Origin: the human T2T-CHM13v2.0 reference genome, Homo sapiens
DNA: 64,000 bases
Assembly (NCBI RefSeq): GCF_009914755.1
Contig: NC_060929.1
Reading direction: 5' to 3' (one strand)
Shown here: in pieces, positions 25,839 to 37,628 of the stretch
Layout: each line of letters opens with the position of its first letter
How positions within the stretch are numbered: the first letter of the stretch is position 1
The notes under the pieces: model-generated
Told to the model about the DNA's origin: nothing
Seen by the model: the letters and a program-made list of their open reading frames with translations, nothing else
Databases searched by the model: none
Program-made: the position numbers and the translations under genes

Positions 25839-28800
25839 AGGGAAGGCTGGGCCTCCTTGAGGAAGGACCCCACTATATTACTGACAGTTTATGCAGTGAA
25901 TCTTTCTCCTATCCTTCCCCAAGGGGACTGCTGGCCTTTCACCAGGGTAACTGTGCACTGGAGAAAGGGAAATGATCAGACATTTTGGAGACTACTGGAC
26001 ACTGGCTCTGAGCTGATGCTAATTGGAGGGGACCAAAAATGTCATTGTGGTCCTCCAGTTAAAGTAGGAGCTTACAGAGGTTAGGTAATTAATGGAATTT
26101 TAGCTCAGCTCTGACTTACAGAGTGTCCAGTGGGTCCCCAGACTCATCCTATGGTCATTTCCCCAGTGTCAGAATGCATGATTGCCATAGCCATACTTAG
26201 CAGCTGGCAGAGTCCCCACACTGGCTCCCTGACTGGTAGGATGAGGGTTATTATGGTGGGAAAGGCCAAATGGAAGCCATTAGAGCTGCCTCTACGTAGA
26301 AAAATAGTAAATCAAAAACAATATCGCATCCCTGGAGGGATCGTGGAGATTAGTGCCACCATCAAGGACTTGAAAGATGCAGGGGTGGTGATTCCCACCA
26401 CATTCCTGTTCAACTCTCTCATTTGGTCTGTGCAGAAGACAGATGGATCTTGGAGAATGACAGTGGATTATCATAAGCTTAACTGAGTGGTGACTCCAAC
26501 TGCAGCTGCTGCACCAGATGTGGTTTCATTGCTTGAGCAAATTAACACGTCTCCTGGTACCTGGTATGCAGCCATTGACTTGGCAAATGCATTTTTCTCC
26601 ATTCCTGTCCATAAGGCCCACCAGAAGCAATTTTCCTTCAGCTGGCAAGGCCAGCAATCTACCTTTACTGTCCTACTTCAGGGGTATATGGACTCTCCAG
26701 CTTTGTGTCATAATCTTATTTGGAGAGAACTTGACCTCTTTTCGCTTTCACTTTGCTATCACTTTGGTCCATTATATTGATGACATTATGCTGATTGGAT
26801 CCAGTGAGCAAGAAGTAGCAAACACACTGGGCTTATTGGTGAGACCTTTGCATGCCAGAGGATGGGAAATAAATCCGACTAAAATTCAGGGAACTTCTAC
26901 TTCAGTAAAATTTCTAGGGGCCCAGTGGTGTGGGACCTGTCAAGATATTCCTTCTAAGATGAAGGATCAATTGCTGCATTTGGCCCCTCCTACAACCAAG
27001 AAAGAGGCACAACGCCTAGTGGGCCTATTTGGATTTTGGAGGCAACATATTCCTCATTTGGGTGTGTTACTCTGGCCCACTTGTCAAGTGACCCGAAAGC
27101 CTGCCAGCTTTGAGTGTGATCCAGAACAGGAGAAGGCTCCTCAACAGGTTCAGGCTGCTGTGCAAGCTGCTCTGCCACTTGGGCCACATGGCCCAGCAGA
27201 TCCAATGGTGCTTGAGGTGTCAATGGCAGATAAGAATGCTATTTATAGCCTTTGGCAGGCCCTCATAGGTGAATCACAGTGGAGGCCTCTAGGATTTTGG
27301 AGCAAGGCCCTGCCATCTTCTGCAGATAACTACTGTTTTTTTTGAGAGACAGCTGTTGGCCTGTTACTGGGCTTGGGTGGAAACTGAATGTTTGACTATG
27401 GGTCATCATGTCACCATGTGATCTGAACTGCCTATCATAAACTGGATGCTTTCTGACCCATCTAGCCATAAAGTGAGTCACGCACAGAAGCATTCCATCA
27501 TCAAATGAAAGTTATATATACTTGATCAGGCTTGAGCAGGTCCTGAAGGCACAAGTAAGTTACATGAGGAAGTGGCTCAAACACCCATGGTCTCCACTCC
27601 TGCCACCCTGCCTTCTTTTCCCCAGCCTGCACCGATGGCCTCATGGGGAGTTCTCTATGATCAGTTGACAGAGGAGGAGAAGACTAGGGCCTGGTTCACA
27701 GATGGTTCTGCACAATATGCAGGCACCACCCAAAAGTGGACAGCTGTAGCACTGCAGTTTCTTTCTAGGACATCCCTGAAGGACAGCAGCAAAGGGAAAT
27801 CTTCCCAGTGGGCAGAACTTCGAGCAGTGCACCTGGTTGTGCACTTTGCATGGAAAGAGAAATGGCCAGATGTGTGATTATATAGTGACTCATGGGCTGT
27901 AGCCAGTGGTTTGGCTGGATGGTCAGGGACTTGGAAGAAGCATGATTGGAAAATTGGGGAAAAGGTATGTGGATTGACCTCTGAGTGATCAAAAACCATG
28001 CTGATATTTGTATCCCATGTGAGTGGTCAACAAAGGGTGACCTCAGCAGAGGAGGATTTTAATAATCAAGTTGATAGGATGACTCATTCTATGGACACCA
28101 CTCAGCCTCCTTCCCCAGCCACCCCTGTCCTTGCCCAACGGGCCCATGAACAAAGTGGCCATGGTGGCAGGGATGGAGGTTATGCATGGGCTCAGCAACA
28201 TGGAATTCCACTCACCAAGGCTGACCTGGCTACAGCCACTGCTGAGTGCCCAATTTGCCAGCACAGAGACCAACACTGAGCCCCTGATATGACACCATTC
28301 CTTGGGGTGATCAGCTAGCTACCTAGTGGCAGGTTGATTATATTGGACCTCTTCCATCATGGAAAGGGCAGAGGTTTGTCCTCACTGGAATAGACACTTA
28401 CTCTGGATATGGGTTTGCCTATCTTGCACGCAATGCTTCTGCCAAGACTAACATCTGTGGACTCATGGAATGCCTTATCCACTGTCATGGTATTCCACAC
28501 AGCATTATCTCAGACCAAGGCACTCACTTTATGGCTAAAAAAGTGTGGCAGCGGGCTCGTGCTTATGAAATTCACTGGTCTTACCATGTCCCCCATCACT
28601 GAAGCAGCTGGATTGATAGAACGGTGGAATGGCCTCTTGGAGTCAATTACAATGCTAACTAGGTGACAGTACTTTGCAGGGCTGGGGCAGAGTTGTCCAG
28701 AAGGCCGTGTATGCTCTGAATCAGCATCCAATATATGGTACTGTTTCTCCCATAGCCAGGATTCACAGGTCCAAGAATCAAGGGGTGGAAGTGGAAGTGG

Positions 28801-29369
28801 CACCACTCATCATCACCCCTACTGATCCACTAGCAAAATTTTTGCTTTCTGTTCCTGCTGCATTATGTTCTGCTGGTCTAGAGGTCTTAGTTCCAGAGGG
28901 AGGAACGCTGTCACCAGAAGACACAACAACAATTCCATTAAACTGGAAGTTAAGATTGCCACCTGGACACTTTGGGTTCCTCCTACCTTTAAGTCAGCAG
29001 GCTAAGAAGGGAGTTACAATGTTGGCTCGGGTGGCTGACCTGGACTATCAAGATGAAATCAGTCTACTACTCCACAATGGAGGTAAGGAATAGTATGCAT
29101 GGAATACAGGAGGTCCATTAGGATGTCTCTTAGTGTTACCATGCCCTGTGATTAAGGTCAATGGGAAACTACGACAGCCCAATCCAGGCAGGACTACAAA
29201 TGGTCCAGACCCCTCAGGAATGAAGGTTTGGGTCACTCCACCAAGAAAAAAACCATGATCTGCTGAGGCGCTTGCTGAAGGCAAAGGGTATAAAGAATGG
29301 GGAGTAGAAGAAGATAGTCATCAATATGAGCTACAACCATGTGACCAGCTGCAGAAACAAGGACTGTAA
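25839..29369 (+). pseudogene. pol: HERV-L pro-pol remnant: protease, RT, RNase H, integrase, dUTPase
   Basis: LLDTGS (25998-26006 DTG); WRMTVDY, AIDLANAFFSIP, YIDD (26773-26784); WFTDGS...QWAELRAV; HHCC AHEQSGH...CPICQ; broken by stops and frameshifts. Confidence 0.93.
28850..29190 (+). pseudogene. dut: Retroviral dUTPase remnant downstream of integrase
   Basis: SAGLEVLVPEGGTL...IPLNWKLRLPPGHFG...GVTMLARVADLDYQDEISLLLHN in ORF 28674-29093; premature TAG at 29091-29093. Confidence 0.8.
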
Positions 29370-29666
29370 CTGTCACGAGTATTTCCTCCTTCTTTTGTTA
29401 AAAACATCTTTGTGCATGTATACACTTGTACTAAGAAAAGATCTTCATTTTATTTCCTTCTCCTTTACCATGTGACACAAAATTTATTGACTTCATATCA
29501 GCATTTAAGTATTGTTAACTTTATGTAATGATATTTGGGTTGGGGATTGGTGCGTTTCCAGTTGTACAAAGAATAGTTGTATTACGTTAGGTGTAATTAT
29601 GACCTTATCATCATCTTTATTTGAAGATTATGTATGATCTCAGGAGATGTGTATGGGTTCAAATTG

Positions 29667-29679
29667 ACAAGGGGTGGAC
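29667..29679 (+). promoter_or_regulatory. Polypurine tract
   Basis: acaaggggtggac immediately 5' of the 3' LTR. Confidence 0.7.
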
Positions 29680-29680
29680 T

Positions 29681-29893
29681 TGTGATAGTTAATACTGAGT
29701 GTCAACTTGATTGGATTGAAGGATAAAAAGTATTGATCCTAGGTGTGTCTGTGAGGGTGTTGCTGAAAGAGATTAACATTTGAGTCAGTGGGCTGGGGAA
29801 GGCAGACTCACGTTTAATCTGGTGGGCACAATCTAATCAGCTGATATATATATCCTATTAGTTCTGTCCCTCTAGACAAACCTGACTAATACA
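29681..29893 (+). mobile_element. 3' LTR, MLT2A1-like, internally deleted (213 bp)
   Basis: Matches the first ~160 bp of the 5' LTR, then jumps to atatatatatcctattagttctgtcc...taataca. Confidence 0.92.
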
Positions 29894-32687
29894 ATGTCCC
29901 TCTCACATTAAAATCTGGAAGAGGACAATCAAGGACCAGTGTTGTGGCTGTTTCCTAGAGTTCTCCACCATTCCTAGGGTATGGCTCTCAATTTCTTGCA
30001 CCAAGAGGGTGGCTGGAACTCTAGCATTCATACCTACCAGACAGCAGGATGGAGGAAGGGACAAATAAGAAAGGAGGTTAAGAACCCAGGCCAGCTAAGT
30101 TGTAATGGATTTTCCCAAACATGGCTAAAATAAACTTCTGTCTATATGCCATTGGCCTGAACTAGTCATAGGTCATCATAACTATAATGAAGGCTGGGAC
30201 ATAAAGTCTATTCCAAGCAGCCATGGGACCTCCTAAAAATCAGGGTTCTGTTGTAAGGGGAAAAGGGGAGAATGAAGGCAAGGGAATGCTACAGAGAGAG
30301 TCCCTCATGTTTATTCCCCCATTCTATGATTTTCATAAGCAAAGGTTGAGGGAACCTAAAGTTATTGTGTGTGAAGGGGATGTGGAGGTAGGGGAAGTAA
30401 GGTGGACTTAGGAGAGGGCAGGGCTGCTAATGGCTGATGGAGGCAGTCTGAAGTGTTTGTAGTTCAATGGTTTATGACAAGGGCTCACCAAATTTTGTGC
30501 CCCCAAGGATTCACATATCTCATGCCCTATGCAGGGTTTCCTAGGCAAATTGTTTATTATTATAATTGGACAATAGTGTTGCTTAGTGCAATAGAATATT
30601 ATCTGACCCTAGATCCTGTTTTGGGGATAGAGGGATTTATGGAAGAAATATTAAGAAAACAAAACAAAATGGGAAAACATATAGGAATATTTGATACTAA
30701 GTAGTCAAAACATGCCAAAGACCAAAACGACTTTGTACAAAAGCATGAGAAAGCTAATGTGGGAAAAAAGAAAGCCAGTGTGAAGTGAGCGTGTGTAAAA
30801 CACCATTTTTTTCACTTTGGGACTAATGTGGGCAGCTGTGGACAGTCAGACTGCTTTAGATAATGAACAATGATTATTTAATTGTATTATCAATAATGGC
30901 AGCGTTTCTTTTTAAATTTAAGACCAGGTTATAAAGCACTTGGGTCTTATCTCCACGTACAACGTACGAAGTATGGACAGTTTCCTAGCTGCTAGAGCAC
31001 ATCCTTGGATTTGAGATAGGAATGCATTTAATAGACTGAATCAGTGCAGCTTTCTTTTGGAAATTTCAATTTCACTGCAAGCAATTTACATAGAGTCTCA
31101 GCTTGAATTCATAGCTCATATCTTGGTTGCTTTGGAGATAGCTTCTCTGTTGGAAAGGCAATTACGATCTGCAGGAGAAGCCTGTCTGCCATTAGTCTCC
31201 AGTTTTAAATGTTGACAGGTGGAGATGGAGGTGGGGGTGGGGGTGATTAATAAAGGGCTTTGTCTTTCTAGTCCATGGAAGGAAAGGGATTTAGGTGTCA
31301 CAATTTCCTGGTCTCCAAGGATTTTTTTTTCCTCAACATTTCAAGCTTTTGAGCAAAATGAGAATATGTTTTTTGAAATCAGGGAATTTTGTTGCATTGT
31401 ATATATTGGGACCATGAAATGACAAAGGCAGTCTCTTGAAGTTTTACTAAGCCATGGAAAAGAAATCTAGTGAGACTATAACATTCATCTTTAGCCTCTG
31501 AATGTGGATAGCTTTAAAATCTATACAGAGATTTTTGCTATACTCTTGGTTCTTCTTATGGAAAATGGAATAGGACTCTGGTTGTTGGTCCTCAGTGCCA
31601 TTGTACCACAAAGCAGTCCTAATGTTCATGAGATGGCTTTTCCCCTTAACAGCTAATATGGTGAAATTGTTGTGTCTACAATTAGATCATGGTTCAGCCA
31701 AACAAATATGTATTTTATGAGTGACTTATTCTCTGTGAGGCCCTGATATAGCCCAGAGGCTTATGCATTCAAATCAGAGGCCTGAGTCGAGACCTGCCAG
31801 CATTTTCATCTAATTGACTTGGGCACAGGGACCCTTGATTCCTTCTCCTTTAATTATCACCTTATATTCAAGGCTAAAAGCTGTAATTATTTGAAGTAGC
31901 TGGAATTTGAGTGACCCAGATAATTATCTCAGCAAGATGGGCTTAAAGTTTATTGACACAAATGCCAGTTTCATTAAAGGTTTGGTACAAAAGGCAAGTG
32001 TCTGAGACAGCTGGTTGACTGAGGTGAATTGACAATGAACAGCACCAAAGACACAAGAATCACCAGGGACATTGAAGTAATTACCGTCATTTCCATAATA
32101 CAGTTAGCAGAGGATTATGGGAAGCCAGAAAAACCTTTATGGTGATATTTTGCTTTGCCCAAATCGAGGCTAAGCTGCTAAGAATCAGAGGTCTTCTTTC
32201 CTCATCATTTCTCAATGACCATGACTCAGACTCCACTTAGGCTACAGGTAGTCAAAAGAAAGGTTAATGAGTCAAAATGAATGAAAACTGTAACCTGCCC
32301 TAGATTGTGGGTAGCAAAAGCTAACACTATGGCAACAGTAAAATTTGCACAGATATAGATTTTTTTCAATCTTACCTTATACATCTATACATCTATTTCT
32401 TTTGTGTGTTTAATAGATGACTAAAGATAGCACAATACCTGCCTGCTATAAAGTTAAAAATTTTAAACAATTAACATCTGAATTCAAACACATGCAATTA
32501 AGGCCTCAATACTGTATTTCAGAGTTTATTAGTTATCATTAAGTAGTAATAATTCCACATATAGATTAACCATAGATCACTTTGGGAATTAAACATTTTT
32601 GTACCATTTATTAAATGGTACTTCCTACTGTTGGCTAACATGTAGTAGGCATGTCATGTTTCCCTAAAGAGATTGTAAGCTATTGGA

Positions 32688-32902
32688 AGCAGTTGCTTCT
32701 AGTAACAATATCACCACAAACTCAGTGGCTTAAACAATGTACATTTATTATCTTACTGTTTCTGTGGGTCAGGAACCCAGGCATGATCTAAATGGGGGCT
32801 ACACATCAAGGTCTCTCATGAGGCTACAATTAATATGTCAATCAGGACTAAGGTCTCATCTGAAAGCTTGAATGGGGAAGGATCCACTTCCAAGCTCATA
32901 AG
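32688..32902 (-). mobile_element. MLT1E/F-like LTR fragment within an L2 3' end
   Basis: caccacaaactcagtggcttaaacaa...tctgtgggtcaggaacccagg...ggatccacttccaagctca; similar to 34880-35075. Confidence 0.75.
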
Positions 32903-33169
32903 TCGTATGTGTTTTTGTTTCCTCCAGCACCTGGCATTATGCTTTGCATGTGTAAGAGGCATTTGTTAGGAACAAAAGGGCATTTTGACTTCCATATACA
33001 GAAATATGTGGATGGGTAACTAAGTATGAGTGAAGTCACTACCCAGGGATTGATCTCTATGTTGAAGGAAGGCATGGGGATAGAGGTAATAATTTTCTAA
33101 TCTGGGTGAACTATACCCCAGTTTGTGATAGGGTGTCTGGACAGATTACAGCTCTGGGTGAAAAAGTCT

Positions 33170-33360
33170 AAATAACAATGATAACAGCTTCCATTTATTG
33201 AGCAACTAACTTGTGCCAGATACTGTGCTGAGCAGATGAGAATGCAGAGGCCTAGGGGGGTTAAGTATCTTGCCTGAGAGTCATAAAGCTAATAAATGGC
33301 AGAGCTGGAAAACCTTATTCTATTAATGTCAAAGTGCATGTTCCCAACCACTACGCTTTA
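33170..33360 (-). mobile_element. MIR
   Basis: atttattgagcaactaacttgtgccagatactgtgct...ggttaagtatcttgcctgagagtcataaagctaataaatggcagagctgg. Confidence 0.75.
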
Positions 33361-33587
33361 TGCCCTCTGATAGATGGCCTTTTGGGTAGGGCACAGAGCA
33401 ATTTAGCTCTGTGGGGAGTGAGGTATAGTGCTGCCTTAATCTCACAGTTCTTTTGTCCAAGAGAAATGTTAAGAAAGGATAAAAACTTTCACAGCAAGGT
33501 ACTATTTAAATTGCTTTCCTTTTTATGTGGGCTAGTTTTAACAGCAAACAAGCCATAAATCAATGCCTAACCTCTGGCACAGCTTAG

Positions 33588-33666
33588 CAGTTAGGGTTGG
33601 GGAGAGGAGAAAATGATCACTCACAGTCAGGGTTGGGGAGAGGAGACAATGATCACTCACAGTCAG
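33588..33666. repeat. 36-bp tandem duplication (2.2 copies)
   Basis: cagt(t/c)agggttggggagaggaga(a/c)aatgatcactca at 33588 and 33624; 2 mismatches. Confidence 0.95.
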
Positions 33667-34654
33667 CAGCAGTGCCTGGAGATGGGCAGTGAGGCTGGTC
33701 TTCCAGAGTGGGTGGTCAGCAGAGCAGGATGCCATGGAGCAGAGCAGGAAGCCAGTGGCAAATGTGCAAGACCAGGCTGTGTTCCTTGTCAGCTGTCCCC
33801 TTGGCTTCCAGCCAGGGCAGGATTTTCTCCTCCAAGTCAGGTTATTATGCCCTTGTGGTTTGGGGGCTTCAAGGTCCCAAACCATTAACATCATAATCAT
33901 ATCACTCTCAGCAGATTTCTGTCCAGCATCCCCCATGATTTATTGTGAACACAAATAAGAAACACACTTATCAGTCAGGACAAGCCAGCTACCAGCCAGC
34001 CTAACTAGTAAAAATAACTAAACAATTTGATATTTCTATATACTGCACCCAGATATGCACAAACATATGCCCTTAAATACTAAGGCATTAGCATTAGTAT
34101 TCTTGGCACTAAGGAAGTAACAATAATGATGCAGTGAATTATCACGGGAAGGAGCAAGGTCATTTTTCTTCCAGGATTTTTCAGACCCAGCATTTACTGC
34201 ATGTCCTTCTGATGGTGGCTCTTTTTCTGTTACTTGTTATACTCTAGAATATTTGATGTTTTCTTGAAACTTCTTAAACTGTGCTAGGATGTGTCACTCA
34301 TGGGCCAAAAGTGCTCTACCTCATCCCAGCTTTCCAGCTCCTCTTTCTCTCCTGACAGATGCTGCCATCCTACACCTCCCCAGCCGAGTACCACTGGGTG
34401 GAGGGACAGGAGACACAGAGACTTATCCCTTTTCTGAGTGTCACTGTCCATAGACACGCTACAAATATCTGGGCTTGTCAATGCTATATGACTAGAACCA
34501 AGTACTAAAGTGTGTGTATGCATAAGGGAAGGAATGGCTGGGCATGCCCAGACAGGCCAAAGAGTCAGTATTGAGGCAAAGTTATTTATAGAAGACAACC
34601 TGAGAATATAAACAAGTGACAGTTGAAACAGAAGGGAAACGTGAAAAACTGTCT

Positions 34655-34800
34655 TTATGGTGCTTCTTAAACTTTGCTGCACATTAGGATCATCTGTCAT
34701 TTTGAAAACTTATAATATCTAGGCCACAGCTCCAACTAATCAAATCAGAATCTCTGGTGATAGAATCCTGGCAAAAATATTCTTTAACTCCTCAAGTCTC
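34655..34800 (+). mobile_element. MER5-like MITE
   Basis: tgcttcttaaactttgctgcacattaggatcatctg...aatcaaatcagaatctctgg. Confidence 0.7.
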
Positions 34801-34854
34801 CTACACTGATGACCTAACAGAGGAGAAGTCTCACGCATATTTACATGTAAAAAC

Positions 34855-35423
34855 TATGTTAGTTAATATCTATCACTGCATAACAGTGTTATCACAAACT
34901 CAGTCGTTTAAACAACACACATTTATTATCTCACAGTCTGTGGGTCAGGGATCCAGGCAGGACTTAACTGGGGGTGGTGCTTCAAGGTCTTTCATGAGGC
35001 TGCAATCAAAGTGTCAACCAGGGCTGAGGTCTCGTCTGAAAGCTGAGTGGTAAGTATCCACCTCTAAGCTCACATGGTTGTTGGCAGGATTCAGTTTCCT
35101 GTGCCTGTTGGACTGTGGGCCTCACTTTTTTTACTGACTGTTGGCTGGAGGCTGCCATCAGTTCCTGTCTATGTGGGCCTCCGAGTGATCACTTGTTCAT
35201 CAAAACAAGCAAGCTGAGAAGGTAAAAAAGAGAGTCTGCTTTAGCAGGATGGAAGTTATTACAGAGTCTAACTGCCAAAGTGACATCCCATCTTCTTTCC
35301 TATATTCTGCTGGTTAGAAGCAAGTCATAGGTTCTGCCCTCCCTTAGGCGGGGGGATAACACAGAGGTGTGAATACCAGGAATTGGGGATAATTGTGGGC
35401 TATTTTAGAATCTGTCCAACACA
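34855..35423 (-). mobile_element. Solo MLT1E-like MaLR LTR
   Basis: ttagtt...atcacaaactcagtcgtttaaacaacacacatttattatctcacag...ggcaggattcagtttcctg...gtgtgaataccagg...ttagaatctgtccaacaca. Confidence 0.85.
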
Positions 35424-35429
35424 AATACT

Positions 35430-35777
35430 ATGTAACACAGTCTCTACTATTCTATGCACATCTGGCAGTCAGTAAAAAATTCTAAGTTACACAAAAAGGC
35501 AAGGAAAAAATCAAACGATTGTCAATAGGTGAAGCAATTAACAGAACAAGTTTCAGAGATGATCCCAATGTTGGTGCTAATAGAGAGAAACTTATTAGTA
35601 GACAGGCTTATTTGTAGAATCACCATAGTTAGGGTGACTCCATGAACTTGAAGATAGAGCAATAAGAACTATCCATACTGAAATACAAATAAGAAAGGAG
35701 TGAAGAATAAAAAGAACACCACATCCAAGATCTGTGGGGCAACATCAAATGGAAGCTCAGAGGACTCCAAGCGTACA

Positions 35778-35826
<49 letters not shown>

Positions 35827-36080
35827 CTTCTTATATCCAAACTGCTGAAAATCAAAGGTAAAGATAAAATATTGAGGACAGCCAGAGAAAAAATACACTT
35901 TACAGTTGAGGAGCAATGATAAGAAATATAGCAGAGTAGAAATGATGTGAACCAGAAGACAAAGGTGTGACATCTTAAGGAATTTTTTTAAAAAGCTGTT
36001 AGCCCAGGATTTTATACCCAGAGAAAATACTTTTAATAGGTGAAGATGAAGTAAAAACTTTTCAGAAAAAAGACTTATCA
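35430..36080 (+). mobile_element. Old L1M ORF1-region fragment
   Basis: ORF 35734-35919 ends LISKLLKIKGKDKILRTAREK, L1 ORF1p-like; cccaggattttatacccagagaaaata. Confidence 0.75.
35779..35824. repeat. (AC)23 microsatellite
   Basis: Perfect 46-nt AC run. Confidence 0.98.
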
Positions 36081-36084
36081 TAGG

Positions 36085-36235
36085 ACTACAATCTCATGAG
36101 AAACCTTAAGCTAGAGCCACCCAGCTAAGCCAGTACAAAATTCCTGACCCATAGAAGCTGGGAAATAAAACAAGTTCATTGTTTTAAGATGCTAATTTTG
36201 GGGGGTTGTTTTTTATGTAGCAATTAATAGAGACA
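36085..36235 (+). mobile_element. MLT1 LTR 3' fragment
   Basis: ccacccagctaagccag...aattcctgacccatagaa...ttgttttaagatgctaattttgg...tatgtagcaat. Confidence 0.7.
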
Positions 36236-37628
36236 GCTTCTCTGGTAAATTCTACCAAATATTTAGGGCAGAAATAATAACAGTTTTAACCAAACTGTTC
36301 CAGAAAATAGAAGAGGAGAAAATACTTCCCAATTCATTTTATAAGGCTAGCATAACCTTGATACCAAAACTATATATAGACTTTGTATAAATGAAAATTA
36401 AAGACCAATAACTCACATAAATGTAGACACAAAAATCCTTAACAAAATATTTGCAAATTGAGTCTAGCAATATATAAAAAGGATAATATATCTTATCCAA
36501 ATGGGGTTTATTCTGGGAATGTAAGATTTCAAAATGTTAGAATAAATCAATTTCACCTTATTAACAGACTAGAAACAAAATATCATATTATCGCAATTGA
36601 TGCAGAAAAATTATTCAAAAAAATTTAATATCTCATTGTGTTAAATCTCTCAGTAAACTAGTAAAAATGGTAACTTCCTTAAATTGATAAAGAATATTTA
36701 CCAAAAACCCATAGCTAATATCATGCTTAATGGTGGAAGACTAAAATAGTTTCGCTGAGATTGGAAATAAAGCAAGGATGTCTCCTCCTACTATTCCTAT
36801 ACAGTATCATACTAGATATCCAAGCTAGCATAACAAGGCAAGAGAAAGAAATAAGAAGGTATAGATTGGAAAGGAAGAAATAAAATTATCTTAATTAACA
36901 AACAACATAATTGCACACACAGAGAATACCCGCAAAACCTGTAAAGATGTTTTTAGGTCTTATAAGTGAATTCAGCAAGATCATATGATACAAAGTCAAT
37001 ATTTTAAAAATTAAGTGTGTTTATATTTACTAGCAACAGACATTTGAAAATAGAAATCTAAAAAATAAAACCATTTATATATAAGACATAAAATACTAGA
37101 GATAGTATTGGCTAAATTTGTATGCTGAAAACTACAAAACATTGGTGAGAGATAACAAAAAGAGCTAAATAAATGAAGAATTATACCCTTTTCATGGATT
37201 AGAAAACTCAACATTGTTAAGATATCAGTTCTCTCCAAGCTAGTCTATAGATTCAATACTTAATCAAAATCTGGCCTGGCATTTTTATGAAAATTTTTCA
37301 TCTAATTCTAAAATTTATGTAGAAAAGCAAAGACAACAGAATAGCCAAAGCAATTTTTTAAAAGACCAGATTTGGAGGACTCACACCACCTAATTTCTGT
37401 ATTATTATAAAGCTACAGTAATTGAGACAGTGGGGTAATGGTGAAAGGACACACATGTATATCAACAATACCAAATACAGATTGTGTGTGTGTTATGTGT
37501 GTTTGCGCATATACACCCTCACAAACTGTATCTACAAAATTGATTTTTAACAAGAGTGTAAAGGCAATACAATGAAGAAAAAAAGTATTTTTTTTCAACA
37601 AATGATGCTGGAAAAATTAGATACTCAT

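Larger units (their letters stand above)
23637..29893 (+). mobile_element. HERV-L provirus, near full length (6257 bp), defective
   Basis: Two homologous LTRs (tgtgat...taataca), exact 5-bp TSD atgtc (23632-23636 and 29894-29898), PBS, gag-pro-RT-RNaseH-IN-dUTPase order, no env, PPT. Confidence 0.97.
23570..30295 (-). mobile_element. Old MLT1J/K-like LTR split by the HERV-L provirus (pieces ~23570-23631 and ~29899-30295)
   Basis: gtggcttaaacaaaa before the provirus; cctctcaca...ccattggcctgaactagtcatagg...aaggctggga...aaaatcagggttctgtt after it. Confidence 0.65.

Noticed and set aside
26518-27345. 275-aa ORF as a functional reverse transcriptase
   Set aside because: Its N-terminal part is off-frame; the AIDLANAFF motif lies in another frame (26487-26780), so the RT is frameshifted just before YIDD.
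29370-29680. env gene
   Set aside because: Only ~300 bp separate pol from the 3' LTR; HERV-L lacks env.
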